Shown piece after piece: positions 63,685-64,000 of a DNA stretch of 64,000 bases (position 1 is the first letter of the stretch; the number at the start of each line of letters is the position of its first letter). Made by a program: the position numbers and the translations under genes. The notes below the pieces were generated by a model. That model was given only the letters and a program-made list of their open reading frames with translations, made no database searches and was not told where the DNA came from. Source of the stretch: a virus; IMG/VR virus record IMGVR_UViG_3300033149_007571, positions 20,822 through 84,821 of that record. One strand, written 5' to 3'.

Positions 63685-64000
63685 CATGCTGATTCGCAAG
63701 GCCGCTTCTCTTGCACGGCGATTGGGATTTCGCACCATTGTTTCCGATAGTTGCACAACCGAATCCGCGTACCTTCACGTTGGCTTGCCGAGCCGACACG
63801 GCGGTTTTGAGACTCTTGCAATCCTTCGAGTTTCAAACCATCCGCAGCCGGGTTACGAAAACGGCGGTTGGCACCACACAGCTATAGGCTTAGGGTTGTA
63901 CTTCGATTTGCGCCCTCGGTCTCGCTGTTATGACGACGAGCGGGTTAACAAGTTCCTTCTCACTGTTAGGTCAAAGGAGAGAGGAAAGAGAGTAACATGA
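63671..64000 (+). CDS. Hypothetical early protein
   Basis: GAGGAG RBS; TESAYL...LRVSNH. Confidence 0.65.
   Translation: MGYNNMLIRKAASLARRLGFRTIVSDSCTTESAYLHVGLPSRHGGFETLAILRVSNHPQPGYENGGWHHTAIGLGLYFDLRPRSRCYDDERVNKFLLTVRSKERGKRVT

Larger units (their letters stand above)
1..64000 (+). mobile_element. Tailed bacteriophage genome segment (HK97-type head, long non-contractile tail)
   Basis: Terminase, portal, MuF, prohead protease, major capsid, tail tube, chaperone frameshift and tape measure genes; tightly packed co-oriented ORFs; no housekeeping host operons. Confidence 0.97.

Noticed and set aside
1-64000. Alternative genetic code (stop-codon reassignment)
   Set aside because: Genes are full length under the standard code, and TAA, TAG and TGA all end genes at sensible, often coupled, boundaries

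Overview
The whole 64 kb is part of a tailed dsDNA phage genome with every convincing gene on the + strand. I saw no integrase, tRNA or CRISPR array. The long non-contractile tail module suggests a siphovirus-like phage, and an SHD1-domain protein points tentatively to a Planctomycetota host. Gene order: T4-like recombination/replication module (UvsY-like, gp32-like SSB, RecA/UvsX, FEN/RNase H, RuvC, split Rad50 + Mre11); terminase; putative lysis/secreted block (papain-like peptidase, thioredoxin); tail fibre and neck genes; nucleotide-metabolism genes; HK97-type portal; MuF; effector cassettes; prohead protease; capsid; tail genes with a -1 frameshift; a ~10 kb glycan-synthesis/modification cluster; then a sigma70 promoter and a more GC-rich early-gene region. 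Best candidates for new biology: (1) a daisy-chained MuF effector array in which a conserved K-HLPGxHDQS(S/T)HGR peptide precedes each toxin-like domain (PD-(D/E)xK nuclease, HExxH metallopeptidase, kinase + ADP-ribosyltransferase), and each following gene starts with a small putative immunity domain fused to the next toxin; (2) a 15/20-identical copy of the predicted mature capsid N-terminus inside the prohead protease; (3) poly-serine tails on several virion proteins alongside a phage-encoded CMP-sugar/glycosyl-/methyl-/sulfotransferase cluster, suggesting virion O-glycosylation; (4) a ~150-bp non-coding element present twice, inverted, 59 kb apart. All family assignments come from motif recognition by eye, not database searches.
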